Positions 17,828-27,849 are shown, numbered from the stretch's first letter. The stretch: 54,778 nucleotides of DNA from Caldisericaceae bacterium (GCA_049967855.1 JBMFRX010000010.1:1-54778); one strand, 5' to 3'. Translations and numbers: made by a program. The notes: generated by a model from the letters alone, not told the origin.

Positions 17828-20433
17828 AAGGCTACACGATAATCCTCACGCACTCTGGAGCAGACCTTGATGCAATAAGCTCTATGTTTGCGGTGAGCAA
17901 GCTTTATCCTGGCTCCATTATGATACATCCAGGCTCTTTAGACATTAACGCCGCAAAGATTGTAAGCATTTTTGAAGACTCTTTAAACCTCGTTAAGGTT
18001 AAAAATCTGCCAGTTTCCATTAAGGACAATGTGCAAAGGATAATAGTAGTGGACACCAAGAATTATAACAGAATAGGAGACGGGCGAGAGTTTCTTTCAA
18101 ACCAGAGCGAAGTTATTGTCTTTGACCATCACCCAGACAAATGCAATATACAGGGAGCAAGGGTTATTTCAAAGAAGGTTGGCGCAAACACCACCACAAT
18201 AGTGAGCCTCCTCAGGAAGAAGAAAGTTGTCTTGAACACTTTCGAAGCCACGCTTATTGCTCTTGGCATTTTCGAGGATACTGGCTCTTTCACATTCCCT
18301 TCAACCACAAGTGAAGATTTTAAGGCAATTACTTTCTTATCTTCGTTCGGAATAAATATGAAAATTGTTCACCACTTTCTTTCGCCTTTTCTCGGTGAAG
18401 AGCAAGTGCCTATGTTCAGAAAATTTCTGAATAATCTTGAAGAATACAAAATGAATGGTTCAAAAATCTCGATTGCATCTGCGTCAATGGACTACTACGT
18501 GCCAGGATTATCGTTGATTGCCCACAAGATAATGGAACTCATTGACACTGACATTATTTTTATTCTCGCGAAAATGGGGAAAGAAATCTTTGTCATTGCA
18601 AGGAGTGTGAGCCCCGAATACGACCTCAGGCCGATATTGGAGCACCTTAATGGTGGCGGGCACCCCACAGCGTCTTCTGCAGTAATTAGAGACAGCAGCA
18701 TAGAGGAGATAACGGAAGAAATTCTCAGAAAGGTGTCGCAGTCATATTTTCCAGTGATGAAAGCAAAAAGCATTATGAGCTCTCCTGTGAAAACCGTGCC
18801 ACCTGACACGAGTGCAAATTCTGCGCTCAAGACTATGATAAAGATGGGCTTTTCTGGGCTTCCTGTTGAAGAAAACGGAAAGATAATTGGTATGCTGTCA
18901 AAGAGAGACCTCGAAAAGGCACTTCTGTTTGAAAAGAGGGAAAGGCCTGTGAAACAATTCTTCACTCCAGTAGTTGCAACCGTTTCTCCTGATGCAGACT
19001 TGAGAGAAGTTGAATCGGTGATGATAAAGAATAACGTTGGAAGAGTTCTTGTCTTTGAGAATGATAAAGTCGAAGGTATTATTTCAAGGAGCGACCTTTT
19101 GAAAGCGTACAAGATAAAGGAAGATATGGTTGAGACATCTTCTCTTGGCGATGAGGGCTCTTTCTTGCCAACAAAGGAACTCACGACGGAGATTATGCTC
19201 AACAACATTGACAGAGATTTATATGGCGTCATTAAAGAGCTTGGCGAGATTGCAAGTAATCTCGGACAGAAAATCTATCTTGTCGGAGGTTATGTGAGGG
19301 ATATGTTTCTGAGCCAAAAAAGCAGTGACCTCGATTTCATACTCTCAGATGATGCGGTTTCTTTCGGAAAAGCACTCAAAGAGAAATTCAATGGCTCTAT
19401 TGTGATTTATCCCGAAACACAGACTGTCACTTTCAAAATTGCTAATTACAATTTTGACTTTGTAACGGCAAGAAGAGAATACTACAACGAGAAGTCTCTC
19501 ATTCCAATAATCGAAAAGGCAACTCTTCAAGAAGATTTGAAAAGAAGGGACTTCACTATCAATACTCTTGCAATTGATTTGACTGCAGAGCAATTCGGCA
19601 AGCTTTATGATTTCTTTGGAGGATACACAGACCTAATCAAGAAGAAAATTAGAGTTCTACATTCTTACTCATTTACAGAGGACCCTTCAAGAATTCTCAG
19701 GGCAATCAAATACTTTGTAAGATTCAACTTCTCGCTATCTGAGGAGACAGAGATGCTCCTCAAAAATGCTGTGGAGCTTGGAGCAATTAAATCCTCGCAT
19801 TCACAAAGGATTCTTACGGAGCTGTATGACCTTCTGAATATGGAGAGAGCCGTTGAAGCTCTTATTGCAATGGACAGGTATGGCATTCTGAAGCAGGTTT
19901 TTGGATTGCGAAAATTGAGTTATAGAAAGATTGCCCGCTTGAGGCAGTCTGTTGAGCTTGCCAAATCTATGGGAATTTCTTCTTACCTTGCACTCATCGA
20001 TATACTGATCGACGGAAAGAGCAAGCAAGCAAAAACTGAAATACTTAACTTCTTTGCCCTCAACAAGAAGCTCTCCAACAAATTTATCTCGCAGTCGGAA
20101 GGACTGCAAAAATTTCACAAAAACTTTGACGCCTCAACTATCGACGATAAGCTTATGATTTTAAAAGACACTGATGATTTTATGCTCTGCTCTTATTTGA
20201 CAAAAGCTACAAAGGAAGAGGAGAAAATAATCAAATTGTACCTAACAAACATAGATAGGTTTAAAGTGAGCCTCAAAGGAAGAGACTTAATTCAAATCGG
20301 CTTAAAGGAAGGACCTCAATTCAGCAAAATTCTTGAAACGCTTCAACGAATGAGGTTTCTTGGAAAAATAAACTCGCGCGAAGAAGAATTAGCCTTCGTA
20401 CTGAAAAACAGGGAGAAATTCGAGTGGAAATAA
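17824..20433 (+). CDS. DHH/DHHA1-CBS-tRNA nucleotidyltransferase (CCA- or A-adding enzyme)
   Basis: DHH motifs (THSGADLD, DHH, EDTGSF, GGGH), a CBS pair, class II NTase motifs VGGYVRD, DLD, EDLKRRDFTIN, EDPSRILRA. Confidence 0.9.
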   Translation: MKGYTIILTHSGADLDAISSMFAVSKLYPGSIMIHPGSLDINAAKIVSIFEDSLNLVKVKNLPVSIKDNVQRIIVVDTKNYNRIGDGREFLSNQSEVIVFDHHPDKCNIQGARVISKKVGANTTTIVSLLRKKKVVLNTFEATLIALGIFEDTGSFTFPSTTSEDFKAITFLSSFGINMKIVHHFLSPFLGEEQVPMFRKFLNNLEEYKMNGSKISIASASMDYYVPGLSLIAHKIMELIDTDIIFILAKMGKEIFVIARSVSPEYDLRPILEHLNGGGHPTASSAVIRDSSIEEITEEILRKVSQSYFPVMKAKSIMSSPVKTVPPDTSANSALKTMIKMGFSGLPVEENGKIIGMLSKRDLEKALLFEKRERPVKQFFTPVVATVSPDADLREVESVMIKNNVGRVLVFENDKVEGIISRSDLLKAYKIKEDMVETSSLGDEGSFLPTKELTTEIMLNNIDRDLYGVIKELGEIASNLGQKIYLVGGYVRDMFLSQKSSDLDFILSDDAVSFGKALKEKFNGSIVIYPETQTVTFKIANYNFDFVTARREYYNEKSLIPIIEKATLQEDLKRRDFTINTLAIDLTAEQFGKLYDFFGGYTDLIKKKIRVLHSYSFTEDPSRILRAIKYFVRFNFSLSEETEMLLKNAVELGAIKSSHSQRILTELYDLLNMERAVEALIAMDRYGILKQVFGLRKLSYRKIARLRQSVELAKSMGISSYLALIDILIDGKSKQAKTEILNFFALNKKLSNKFISQSEGLQKFHKNFDASTIDDKLMILKDTDDFMLCSYLTKATKEEEKIIKLYLTNIDRFKVSLKGRDLIQIGLKEGPQFSKILETLQRMRFLGKINSREEELAFVLKNREKFEWK

Positions 20434-21335
20434 TAGAAAAAATTATCGCAAACGTTGAAAGAGTTATCAAGGGAAAAAGAGAAGTTATAGAATTATCACT
20501 AATACCTCTAATTTCAGGAGGGCACCTTATTTTCATAGACGTGCCAGGTGTTGGCAAGACAACTCTTGCATCTGCACTTGCAAACTCCATAGAGGCAAAG
20601 TTCACACGTATTCAGTTTACTGCGGATCTTCTTCCAAGTGACATAGTGGGAGTCAGCATCTACAAAAAGGAAACAGGCTCTTTTGAATTTAAAAAGGGAC
20701 CAGTCTTTGCAAATATTGTGCTGGCAGATGAAATCAACAGAGCCTCGCCTAAAACGCAGTCAGCTTTGCTTGAGGCAATGAGCGAGAAAACCGTAACTGT
20801 CGATGATTTTACTTACAACCTTGACAATGTGTTCCTTGTTATTGCCACAGAAAATCCAAGTGAGTTTTCAGGGGTCTACCCTCTTCCCGAAAGCGAGCTT
20901 GACCGTTTTATGCTCTCAATAAGGATGGGTTATCCTTCGATTGATGTTGAAAAGCAAATAATTCGTGAAGGTATAACTGATGCCTCGAGACTCGTGAAGC
21001 CTGTAGCCTCACTTAATGATATCCTCTTGCTTAGAGATAAAGCCCAGAGTATTTATGTTGAGGATACCGTTCTTGATTACGTTATGAAAATTCTGCACGA
21101 AACACGGAGGTCAAGATACATACAGATTGGAGTGAGCACGAGAGGTGGAATAGAATTCCTGAAAGCTATAAAATGCTACGCCCTTATCAGGGGAAGGGAC
21201 TTTGTAACTCCAGACGATGTGAAACTCATTGCAACTTATGCTATCCCTCACAGGGTGGTCCTTAAAAATAGCGAATCGCGTTTTGCCGACGAGATAATTG
21301 CAGACATCCTAAATGAGACTAAAGCACCAGTATAG
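20424..21335 (+). CDS. MoxR family AAA+ ATPase
   Basis: DVPGVGKT, RIQFTADLLPSD, ADEINRASPKTQSALLEAM, LDRF. Confidence 0.95.
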   Translation: MEIIEKIIANVERVIKGKREVIELSLIPLISGGHLIFIDVPGVGKTTLASALANSIEAKFTRIQFTADLLPSDIVGVSIYKKETGSFEFKKGPVFANIVLADEINRASPKTQSALLEAMSEKTVTVDDFTYNLDNVFLVIATENPSEFSGVYPLPESELDRFMLSIRMGYPSIDVEKQIIREGITDASRLVKPVASLNDILLLRDKAQSIYVEDTVLDYVMKILHETRRSRYIQIGVSTRGGIEFLKAIKCYALIRGRDFVTPDDVKLIATYAIPHRVVLKNSESRFADEIIADILNETKAPV

Positions 21336-22278
21336 CAGGGCAAAACTCACGGGACTTGGTTGGTCTTATCTTCTGCTTGTGTTTCTTGTCTCAGGAGTTG
21401 CGGTAAACTCGGGTAACAATCTGATATATCTCACTTTGAGTACCCTCATCTCATATTTCCTTCTTTCAGGGTTTTTGTCTTTAACGAATATGAGAGGCAT
21501 TGAAGTTGAATTAACATTACCGTATCTTATCTTTGCAAACTCCACTTCTCAGCTCCTCGTAACCTTGAATAATAAAAGCAGGTTTTCAAAATTCCTTATC
21601 AGAATTGAGAGCCCTTATTTCAAGGAGGAGTTTTTTTCAGTTAATCCTGCTTGCTTCATCAAAAGAAGGACGAGTGCCAATTTTATAAAGAGAGGAGCTC
21701 TTGCAATTGACTCAATTTATGCTAAATCGGCCTACCCCTTTTCTTTTTTCGAGAGAAGAACCAAAGTTGACGTTGCAGACTCAAGGCTCGTCGTTTTTCC
21801 AGAAATCCATAACGTCAGGATACTGAATCTGATAAACTTTGGATTTGAAACACCGACTCCCTTCAAGGGAAACGATGAAGAGCTTTTCTCAATTAGAGAC
21901 TACGTTTCCTCTGACGACAGACGCAAGATTGCCTGGAAGTTATCTGCCAAATCTGGTGTCGAAAAAGTCATAGAGGGTTCACGCGACTCCAAGAAATCAG
22001 TCACCTTTTTTATCGAGACATCGAGACTTGCCTATTCAGATGAGGATGATTTTGAAATAGCTGTTTCAAAAATTGCTTCAGCGATTTGGCTTTGTTATCA
22101 GTCAGAGATTGATTTCACTTTGCTTTCACCCCAGGAACAATTCGAAGACCCCGATAGGTACAAATGCCTAATTAGTTCTCTCACGTACCTCGCAAATGTT
22201 AAGATGATAGCAACACCGCCATCTATTAAACCTTTTGGGACGGTAGATTATGAAGATGTTCAATTTACTTCGCAATAA
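21313..22278 (+). CDS. DUF58 domain protein
   Basis: N-terminal TM with NSGNN, YPFSFF, IRDYVSSDDRRKIAWKLSAK. Follows MoxR. Confidence 0.88.
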   Translation: MRLKHQYSRAKLTGLGWSYLLLVFLVSGVAVNSGNNLIYLTLSTLISYFLLSGFLSLTNMRGIEVELTLPYLIFANSTSQLLVTLNNKSRFSKFLIRIESPYFKEEFFSVNPACFIKRRTSANFIKRGALAIDSIYAKSAYPFSFFERRTKVDVADSRLVVFPEIHNVRILNLINFGFETPTPFKGNDEELFSIRDYVSSDDRRKIAWKLSAKSGVEKVIEGSRDSKKSVTFFIETSRLAYSDEDDFEIAVSKIASAIWLCYQSEIDFTLLSPQEQFEDPDRYKCLISSLTYLANVKMIATPPSIKPFGTVDYEDVQFTSQ

Positions 22279-24112
22279 GAAGTTGCTTTTTACGGTTATC
22301 CTTGGAAGCTCGGCAATTGCTATTGCTGGGTTGTCTAATCCTTACTTTGACTTGTTTATTCCAGTCCTATTTGTCTTTGCAATGCTTGAAGGACTTGGGA
22401 ACAAGAAAATTGTGAGGCTTGCAGTTGAAAGCTTGCCTCTCTTATTTTTTATAGTTGCCCTGGTGCTTTCAATGGATCTATTCTATCTGCTTATGAATCT
22501 TCTTATGGTGATAATGATTTCTAAATCAATTTTGCCAAAGAAGAGGCTCGACTATTTCGAGCTCTTTGTGGTAGCCTTTATGATAGTAATCCTTTCTTCG
22601 GTATCAACAATCTCTATTATTTTCTCTGTTCTCCTTTTTGCACTTTTTGTAAGCGGTGCATTTCTCCTCATATATTCAAACTTCGACACTGCTGAGCCAC
22701 AAATAACGGCAGTGGCGCCACAGGCTTTCCTTTTCTCTTTCCTTACGTATGTTATGGCATTTGTGATTTTCCTTTCAATACCGAGGCTCTCTGTCGGCTT
22801 TGTACACGGCAATTCGCTGCTGTATGAAAATAAGTCGGGGTTTAGTGACACAGTTCAGATTAGTAACGGCAAAATCCAGCTTGATAATACAGTTGTTATG
22901 CGCATTGAAACAGATATTAAATCGACTCCCATTTACATTTCGGGACTGAGATACACAATGTTCTCAGGTACTGACTGGGTGAGGGATATGACGAGTGAAA
23001 AGCTCTATCCTTCTTTTGGAGGTATCTTTGGAAGTGACTCTGGAGAAAAGTCAACAGTCTATCTTGAAGCAATAAGTGGCACAAACGTACTTTTCGGTAT
23101 AGACAAGATTAACGGCATTGGAGGGGGTTTTCTAATGCTCATCAATGACTCGTCTCAGGATTACCTAACCGATGCAATTTTCTACCGTACTATTAAATAC
23201 GATGTTTTCAGTACTCTATCGGGCTCATACAAGAGCTCTCTTTCGAAGGGAGAGCTTGTGAGACTCACACAGGTGCCTCAGTTTTCTGCCGATTTCATTA
23301 ATCTATCAAAGAAAATAGTTGCCCAGAAAAGAAGTGACGACGAGAAAATCAGGGCGATAATGCAGTACCTGGACACAAACTGTAAGTACTCACTTAGCCC
23401 TAACTATTCATCAATTGAAGAATTCGTTATGAAAGGAGGCCAGGGATATTGCGAGCACTTTGCGACAGCACTTGCAATTATGTCAAGAGTTGTTGGCATT
23501 CCAACAAGGCTTGTTTCTGGGTACGTTACTTCAGAGCTCAATTCAAGAGACGGCTACTACATCGTAAGAAATAGTGATGCCCACACATGGGTTGAAGCAT
23601 ACATAGACGGTTATTGGGTAAGATATGACCCTACACCTCCGTCGGTCATAGCTCACCCAAGCAGCTTTTCGCTTTTTATTGACAGCCTCAGGATGAGCTG
23701 GTATAGAAACATCGTTAGCTACGATGACTCAAAGCAATTTGAGCTTGTAAATAACGTTGGGCATAGCGTCAGTTCAGCAGCCACAGGCATTCTCAACGCT
23801 TTTTCTTTTCTCAGGGCTCACTTTAGATACCTCTTGTACTTTATACTTGCTTTGTTGTTGCCTTTCTTACTGCTTAGAAAACGCGACAGCACTGACAAAT
23901 TGCTTCGTGAAATAATAACTCTTATAGGAAATGATAAAGTGGACTGCGAGACTCTGAGAGAGTACGCACTTAGAAAAGGCTCGAGTGAAGATATTATAAA
24001 TCTGGTTGATAGTTACTATTCCTATCGCTTTGGCAATGCGAAAAATCTTCTTCAAGAGATATCAGCTGCGGTCAGGCGATTGAAAAGTAAAAAACATTAC
24101 TTGACTGATTAG
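22250..24112 (+). CDS. membrane transglutaminase-like protein (DUF3488 + TGc, TgpA-like)
   Basis: Multi-TM N-terminus, SGFSD, catalytic GYCEHFA / DAHTWVE / YDPTP. Confidence 0.9.
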   Translation: MKMFNLLRNKKLLFTVILGSSAIAIAGLSNPYFDLFIPVLFVFAMLEGLGNKKIVRLAVESLPLLFFIVALVLSMDLFYLLMNLLMVIMISKSILPKKRLDYFELFVVAFMIVILSSVSTISIIFSVLLFALFVSGAFLLIYSNFDTAEPQITAVAPQAFLFSFLTYVMAFVIFLSIPRLSVGFVHGNSLLYENKSGFSDTVQISNGKIQLDNTVVMRIETDIKSTPIYISGLRYTMFSGTDWVRDMTSEKLYPSFGGIFGSDSGEKSTVYLEAISGTNVLFGIDKINGIGGGFLMLINDSSQDYLTDAIFYRTIKYDVFSTLSGSYKSSLSKGELVRLTQVPQFSADFINLSKKIVAQKRSDDEKIRAIMQYLDTNCKYSLSPNYSSIEEFVMKGGQGYCEHFATALAIMSRVVGIPTRLVSGYVTSELNSRDGYYIVRNSDAHTWVEAYIDGYWVRYDPTPPSVIAHPSSFSLFIDSLRMSWYRNIVSYDDSKQFELVNNVGHSVSSAATGILNAFSFLRAHFRYLLYFILALLLPFLLLRKRDSTDKLLREIITLIGNDKVDCETLREYALRKGSSEDIINLVDSYYSYRFGNAKNLLQEISAAVRRLKSKKHYLTD

Positions 24113-24128
24113 TCTTTTTCATTATAAT
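24101..24128 (+). promoter_or_regulatory. sigma70-type promoter for tlpA-trxA
   Basis: TTGACT-N16-TATAAT. Confidence 0.65.
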
Positions 24129-24155
24129 TTAACGTAACCATTTTGAGAGGTGAAT

Positions 24156-24716
24156 ATGACGAAGAAGATTTTATTGGCAGTTGTAATTATTATGTTAGGA
24201 GTTGCAATATTATCGGGGTGTTCGAGCCAGCCTAACGGCTCTGCGAACAACACAAGCAACACTGGAACTCCTGCTGGCGACACTTCAAGAGCTGTTGCTC
24301 CAGATTTCTCCTGGAAGGATACAAGTGGAAACGTTGTAAAGCTATCGGAGCTCAAGGGAAAAGTTATCCTGATTGATTTCTGGGCAACGTGGTGTGGTCC
24401 CTGCAAGATGACCATACCCCATGTTGAAGCCTTGTATGAGAGATACAAGGATAACAAGAATGTAGTGGTGCTTGGCATTAGTGTTGACGACCCTTCAACA
24501 GCGCAAAGCGTGCCTGCCTTCATAAAGCAGAATGGGATGCAGTATCTTGTCGTGAGCGACAGCAACGGTTCGGTGAGTTCGCTGTACGGAGTGTCGAGCA
24601 TACCACGTTTCTTCATAATTGACAAGAACGGAAGGATTGCGAAAACAATTACAGGGTATGACCCAAATATGGAAGAGGTCATAGGAACTGAAATAAACAA
24701 ACTATTACAGGAATGA
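24156..24716 (+). CDS. TlpA/ResA family thiol-disulfide reductase lipoprotein
   Basis: Lipobox LSGC, APDF, DFWATWCGPC, IPRFFIIDKNG. Confidence 0.92.
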   Translation: MTKKILLAVVIIMLGVAILSGCSSQPNGSANNTSNTGTPAGDTSRAVAPDFSWKDTSGNVVKLSELKGKVILIDFWATWCGPCKMTIPHVEALYERYKDNKNVVVLGISVDDPSTAQSVPAFIKQNGMQYLVVSDSNGSVSSLYGVSSIPRFFIIDKNGRIAKTITGYDPNMEEVIGTEINKLLQE

Positions 24717-24724
24717 GGTGAGTT

Positions 24725-25048
24725 ATGGAAGTTACAGAAAAGACATTTAAAAAAGAAGTTGAAGAATCAACTTTACCTGTGCTTGCAGATTTTTGGGCAG
24801 AGTGGTGCGTGCCTTGCAAAATGGTAGAGCCTTATGTTTTGGAGATTGAGAGCGAGCTCTCCGGCAAACTCAAAGTGGTAAGAATAAACGTCGACGACAA
24901 TCCAGGTTTAGCTGCTCGCTTTGGGATTATGAGCATACCCACTCTTGCTATCTTTGTAGATGGGAAAGTTGCGAATGCAATTGTCGGCGCAGTTCCAAAA
25001 AGAGTTATACTTGAGAAACTAAAGCCTTACCTGCCTAAAGATAACTAA
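24725..25048 (+). CDS. trxA: thioredoxin
   Basis: DFWAEWCVPC, IMSIPTL. Confidence 0.93.
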   Translation: MEVTEKTFKKEVEESTLPVLADFWAEWCVPCKMVEPYVLEIESELSGKLKVVRINVDDNPGLAARFGIMSIPTLAIFVDGKVANAIVGAVPKRVILEKLKPYLPKDN

Positions 25049-25056
25049 ATTTACTA

Positions 25057-25076
25057 CCCCCTCTTTAAAGAGGGGG
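25057..25076. terminator. palindromic hairpin between convergent trxA and rpe
   Basis: CCCCCTCTTTAAAGAGGGGG is a perfect palindrome overlapping the rpe stop. Confidence 0.55.
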
Positions 25077-25727
25077 GTTCTTCAATTCTTCTATTGTCTT
25101 CTTAACTTTATCAAATGGATTTTTGAAAAAGAAATTTCCCATTACCAGCACATCGGCGCCATACTGAACAATTTCTGAGGCATTTTCAGCACAGACACCT
25201 CCATCAACTGATATTAAAAATTGCAGGTGGTTTTCTTTGCGTGCATTACTTGCAGAGATAATTTTCCCTTTGCAAAATGGCAAGAACGACTGCCCAGAAA
25301 ATCCAGGTTCGACACTCATAATGAGAAGCAAATCGATGTAAGGGAGAATATTTTCTACAGTCGAGAGAGGAGTGAACGGATTGAGAGATATTCCTGCTTT
25401 GATGCCAAAGGATTTAATAGTGTTTATAAGCCTGAGTGGAAAATGGCTTTCCTCAACATGGAAGGTGATATAGTCGGCACCAGCCTCGGCAAACTGCTCT
25501 ATCTGTGACTCTGGATTATCAACCATCAGATGAACATCTATAGGAAGTTTTGTGTGAGCTTTTATATCTGCCACAAGTGAACTTCCAAAACTAATCTGCG
25601 GTACAAAGTTCCCATCCATAACATCTATGTGAAGCCAGCTCTCCTGTATACTCTCGACCTTTGCCACCTCCTCGGCAAGCTTGTACCAATCAGCTGACAA
25701 TAGTGACGCTGACACTATAAACTTCAT
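25065..25727 (-). CDS. rpe: ribulose-phosphate 3-epimerase
   Basis: SLLSAD, HIDVMDGNFVP, DVHLMV, MSVEPGFSGQ, VDGG. Confidence 0.96.
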   Translation of the reverse strand: MKFIVSASLLSADWYKLAEEVAKVESIQESWLHIDVMDGNFVPQISFGSSLVADIKAHTKLPIDVHLMVDNPESQIEQFAEAGADYITFHVEESHFPLRLINTIKSFGIKAGISLNPFTPLSTVENILPYIDLLLIMSVEPGFSGQSFLPFCKGKIISASNARKENHLQFLISVDGGVCAENASEIVQYGADVLVMGNFFFKNPFDKVKKTIEELKNPPL

Positions 25728-26425
25728 TTTGACACCTTAATGAGAATCTGACTTCCCTGGCTCACCTTGGCACCTGGCATCGGGTACTGGTAAAGTACTA
25801 TGCCAGAAGGAATGCCCGCACCCCCATCCGTGGTGACAACCTTGTATAAAATAATGCCCGCACTCTTAATAGCAGCTTGAGCATCGCTTGTAGTCATTCC
25901 TATGAGATTTGGCACGGTCACAAAAGTGCCGATGCTAACAGTAACCTTGATTCCTGCTCCCAAAGGGAGAGAAGTGTTTGGTTGCGGGTCCTGCGAGATG
26001 ATTGTCCCGACATCGGCTCCGTTCTCAACCTCACTTATCGAGGAAATATGAAGACCGACGTTCTTTAAAATGGCATTTGCCTCGTCAATTTTCTTTCCAG
26101 TAAGGTCTGGAGCAATTATGCTCTCTGACCCGTTACTCACTACAGCCTTTACGAGAGAACCGCTCTTCACCGAGGTGTTAGCCGCAGGGTCCTGAGAAAT
26201 GACGTGGTCGATTGGTACGGTGTCGCTGAATTGCGAATCTGTAATCTCGAACATAAGCCCTGCATTGGAAAGCACTTGCTCAGCATCTCCAATTTTCAGG
26301 TTTGTGATGTCAGGCACCTGAACCGTTTTAACAGGAGAGTTTGAGGTGCCGCAGCCGTTACCAAGCAAAAACACAAAAAGGAACACAAGAACTACGATGT
26401 AATACTTAAACTTTTCTTTTTTCAT
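25724..26425 (-). CDS. PASTA domain lipoprotein (3 PASTA repeats, no kinase)
   Basis: Lipobox-like LGNGC, three (V/A)P(D/N)...Q(D/Y)P repeats. Confidence 0.88.
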   Translation of the reverse strand: MKKEKFKYYIVVLVFLFVFLLGNGCGTSNSPVKTVQVPDITNLKIGDAEQVLSNAGLMFEITDSQFSDTVPIDHVISQDPAANTSVKSGSLVKAVVSNGSESIIAPDLTGKKIDEANAILKNVGLHISSISEVENGADVGTIISQDPQPNTSLPLGAGIKVTVSIGTFVTVPNLIGMTTSDAQAAIKSAGIILYKVVTTDGGAGIPSGIVLYQYPMPGAKVSQGSQILIKVSK

Positions 26426-26432
26426 GATTTAT

Positions 26433-26483
26433 ATTTTAATATTTCTTTTTAAATTTGCAAACAATTGCTAAAATTCATATACT
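26433..26483. promoter_or_regulatory. overlapping divergent promoters sharing a palindromic -35 (TTGCAA 26455-26460)
   Basis: Plus strand: TTGCAA-N17-TATACT-N5-ATG (coaD). Minus strand: TTGCAA-N16-TAAAAT-N7-ATG (PASTA). Confidence 0.55.
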
Positions 26484-26488
26484 AAAGT

Positions 26489-26974
26489 ATGGAAAAAATT
26501 GCAGCTTATCCTGGGACGTTTGACCCGATAACAAATGGGCATGTAGAGCTAATCAAAAGCGGTCTGCTTTTATTCGACAGAATTGTCGTACTTGTTGCAG
26601 AGCGAAAGGAAAAATCAACGCTTTTTACTCTGAAAGAGAGAATCGATCTTGTGAAGGAGAGCCTGAAAGGACTTGGAAACGTCACAGCAAAACCTCTTCC
26701 CGGGCTTCTTGTTGACTACCTTGCTAAGAATGACATCCACTTCATTCTTCGTGGACTGAGAACCGTTTCTGATTTTGATTACGAACTGCAGATGGCCCTT
26801 ATTAACAGGGAGCTTATGCAAAGTTGCGAAACTGTATTTATTATGGCAAACAAAGGAAGCATATTTATAAGCTCGAGCCTTGTGAAGGAGATTGCAACCA
26901 ATGGGGGAGACATTGAGCCATTTGTACCTCACTGCGTCAATTCGCAAATTAAGATAAAATTGAGGAGGAAATAA
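26489..26974 (+). CDS. coaD: pantetheine-phosphate adenylyltransferase
   Basis: YPGTFDPITNGH, RGLRTVSDFDYE, ISSSLVKEIA. Confidence 0.97.
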   Translation: MEKIAAYPGTFDPITNGHVELIKSGLLLFDRIVVLVAERKEKSTLFTLKERIDLVKESLKGLGNVTAKPLPGLLVDYLAKNDIHFILRGLRTVSDFDYELQMALINRELMQSCETVFIMANKGSIFISSSLVKEIATNGGDIEPFVPHCVNSQIKIKLRRK

Positions 26975-27448
26975 ATGGGAACAACCGTAGTAGAGGAATT
27001 AGAGAGAATAAAGAATCTAATTGTAACTGCCCATAAGGTACCATTCTCAAAGTATGTCGCTGTTGATGGGGAGGAGCTGCTTATGTCGATAAAGAAAATT
27101 GAAATGGTACTGCCAGAGGAGGTAAAAGAAGCGTTCCTCATACAGAAGAAGTCGGAGGATATAATAAAGCAGGCTAATCTGGAAAGCGAGGAGATTTTAG
27201 CGAAAGCCAGAGAAGAAGCCAAGCGCCTCGTTTCAGAGTCGCGAGTCCTTGAGGAAGCCGAGTCAATGCGCCAAACAATTATCAAGGCAGCACAAGACGA
27301 CGCCCTAAGAATAAGACAAGACGCAAATGCGTATCTTATGAATCTTTTTGAGAAAGTAGAGTCAGTGATTGGGAAAGCACAGCAAGTTATTCAGGAAGGG
27401 AAGGCCTCGATAGAAAATGATAATTCCAGTGGAACAGATACTAGGTAG
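26975..27448 (+). CDS. coiled-coil protein, SepIVA/DivIVA-like family found after coaD
   Basis: KVPFS motif, LPEEVKEA, heptad A/E/R helix, position between coaD and DUF177. Confidence 0.7.
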   Translation: MGTTVVEELERIKNLIVTAHKVPFSKYVAVDGEELLMSIKKIEMVLPEEVKEAFLIQKKSEDIIKQANLESEEILAKAREEAKRLVSESRVLEEAESMRQTIIKAAQDDALRIRQDANAYLMNLFEKVESVIGKAQQVIQEGKASIENDNSSGTDTR

Positions 27449-27833
27449 AAACTCTCTCTATGTTGACGAGTCTCTGTGTGATATTAGCATTCCCGAAGGA
27501 ATAAAACTTTCAGGTCCTGTCAAGTTCAAAGGCACGTTCAGCAAATTCAACGATGACGAGATTGCCCTTGACGGGCACTTATCTGCGAAGGTAATTTTAA
27601 GATGTGTGAAGTGCCTGGATGAATTTGAAGAAGAGATTTCGGTTGACATCATAGAGACTTATTACCCTGCAGGCAAAGTCGAAGAAGCAACAAATGAAGA
27701 TGGATTTAATGATTTGACTCGTTTTGTTTATAATAACGCAATAATTGACCTGAGTGACATTGTTAGAGATAATCTGGTTGCAGCGCTTCCCGCTTACCCA
27801 GTTTGTCCAAAATGTAGAGCCCAGGGAAAGTGA
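27417..27833 (+). CDS. DUF177/YceD family protein
   Basis: [17 protein letters not shown]-terminal CPKC. Confidence 0.85.
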   Translation: MIIPVEQILGRNSLYVDESLCDISIPEGIKLSGPVKFKGTFSKFNDDEIALDGHLSAKVILRCVKCLDEFEEEISVDIIETYYPAGKVEEATNEDGFNDLTRFVYNNAIIDLSDIVRDNLVAALPAYPVCPKCRAQGK

Positions 27834-27849
27834 TACAGGAGGTAAACTA

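Noticed and set aside
18495..19232. Long antisense ORF (245 aa); likewise 24122-24700, 31204-31773, 9991-10527 and others
   Set aside because: Shadow frames opposite well-supported genes, with no motifs or RBS.
27754..27849. N-terminal extension of asnS in the ORF track
   Set aside because: Overlaps the DUF177 gene. A strong AGGAGG supports ATG 27850.
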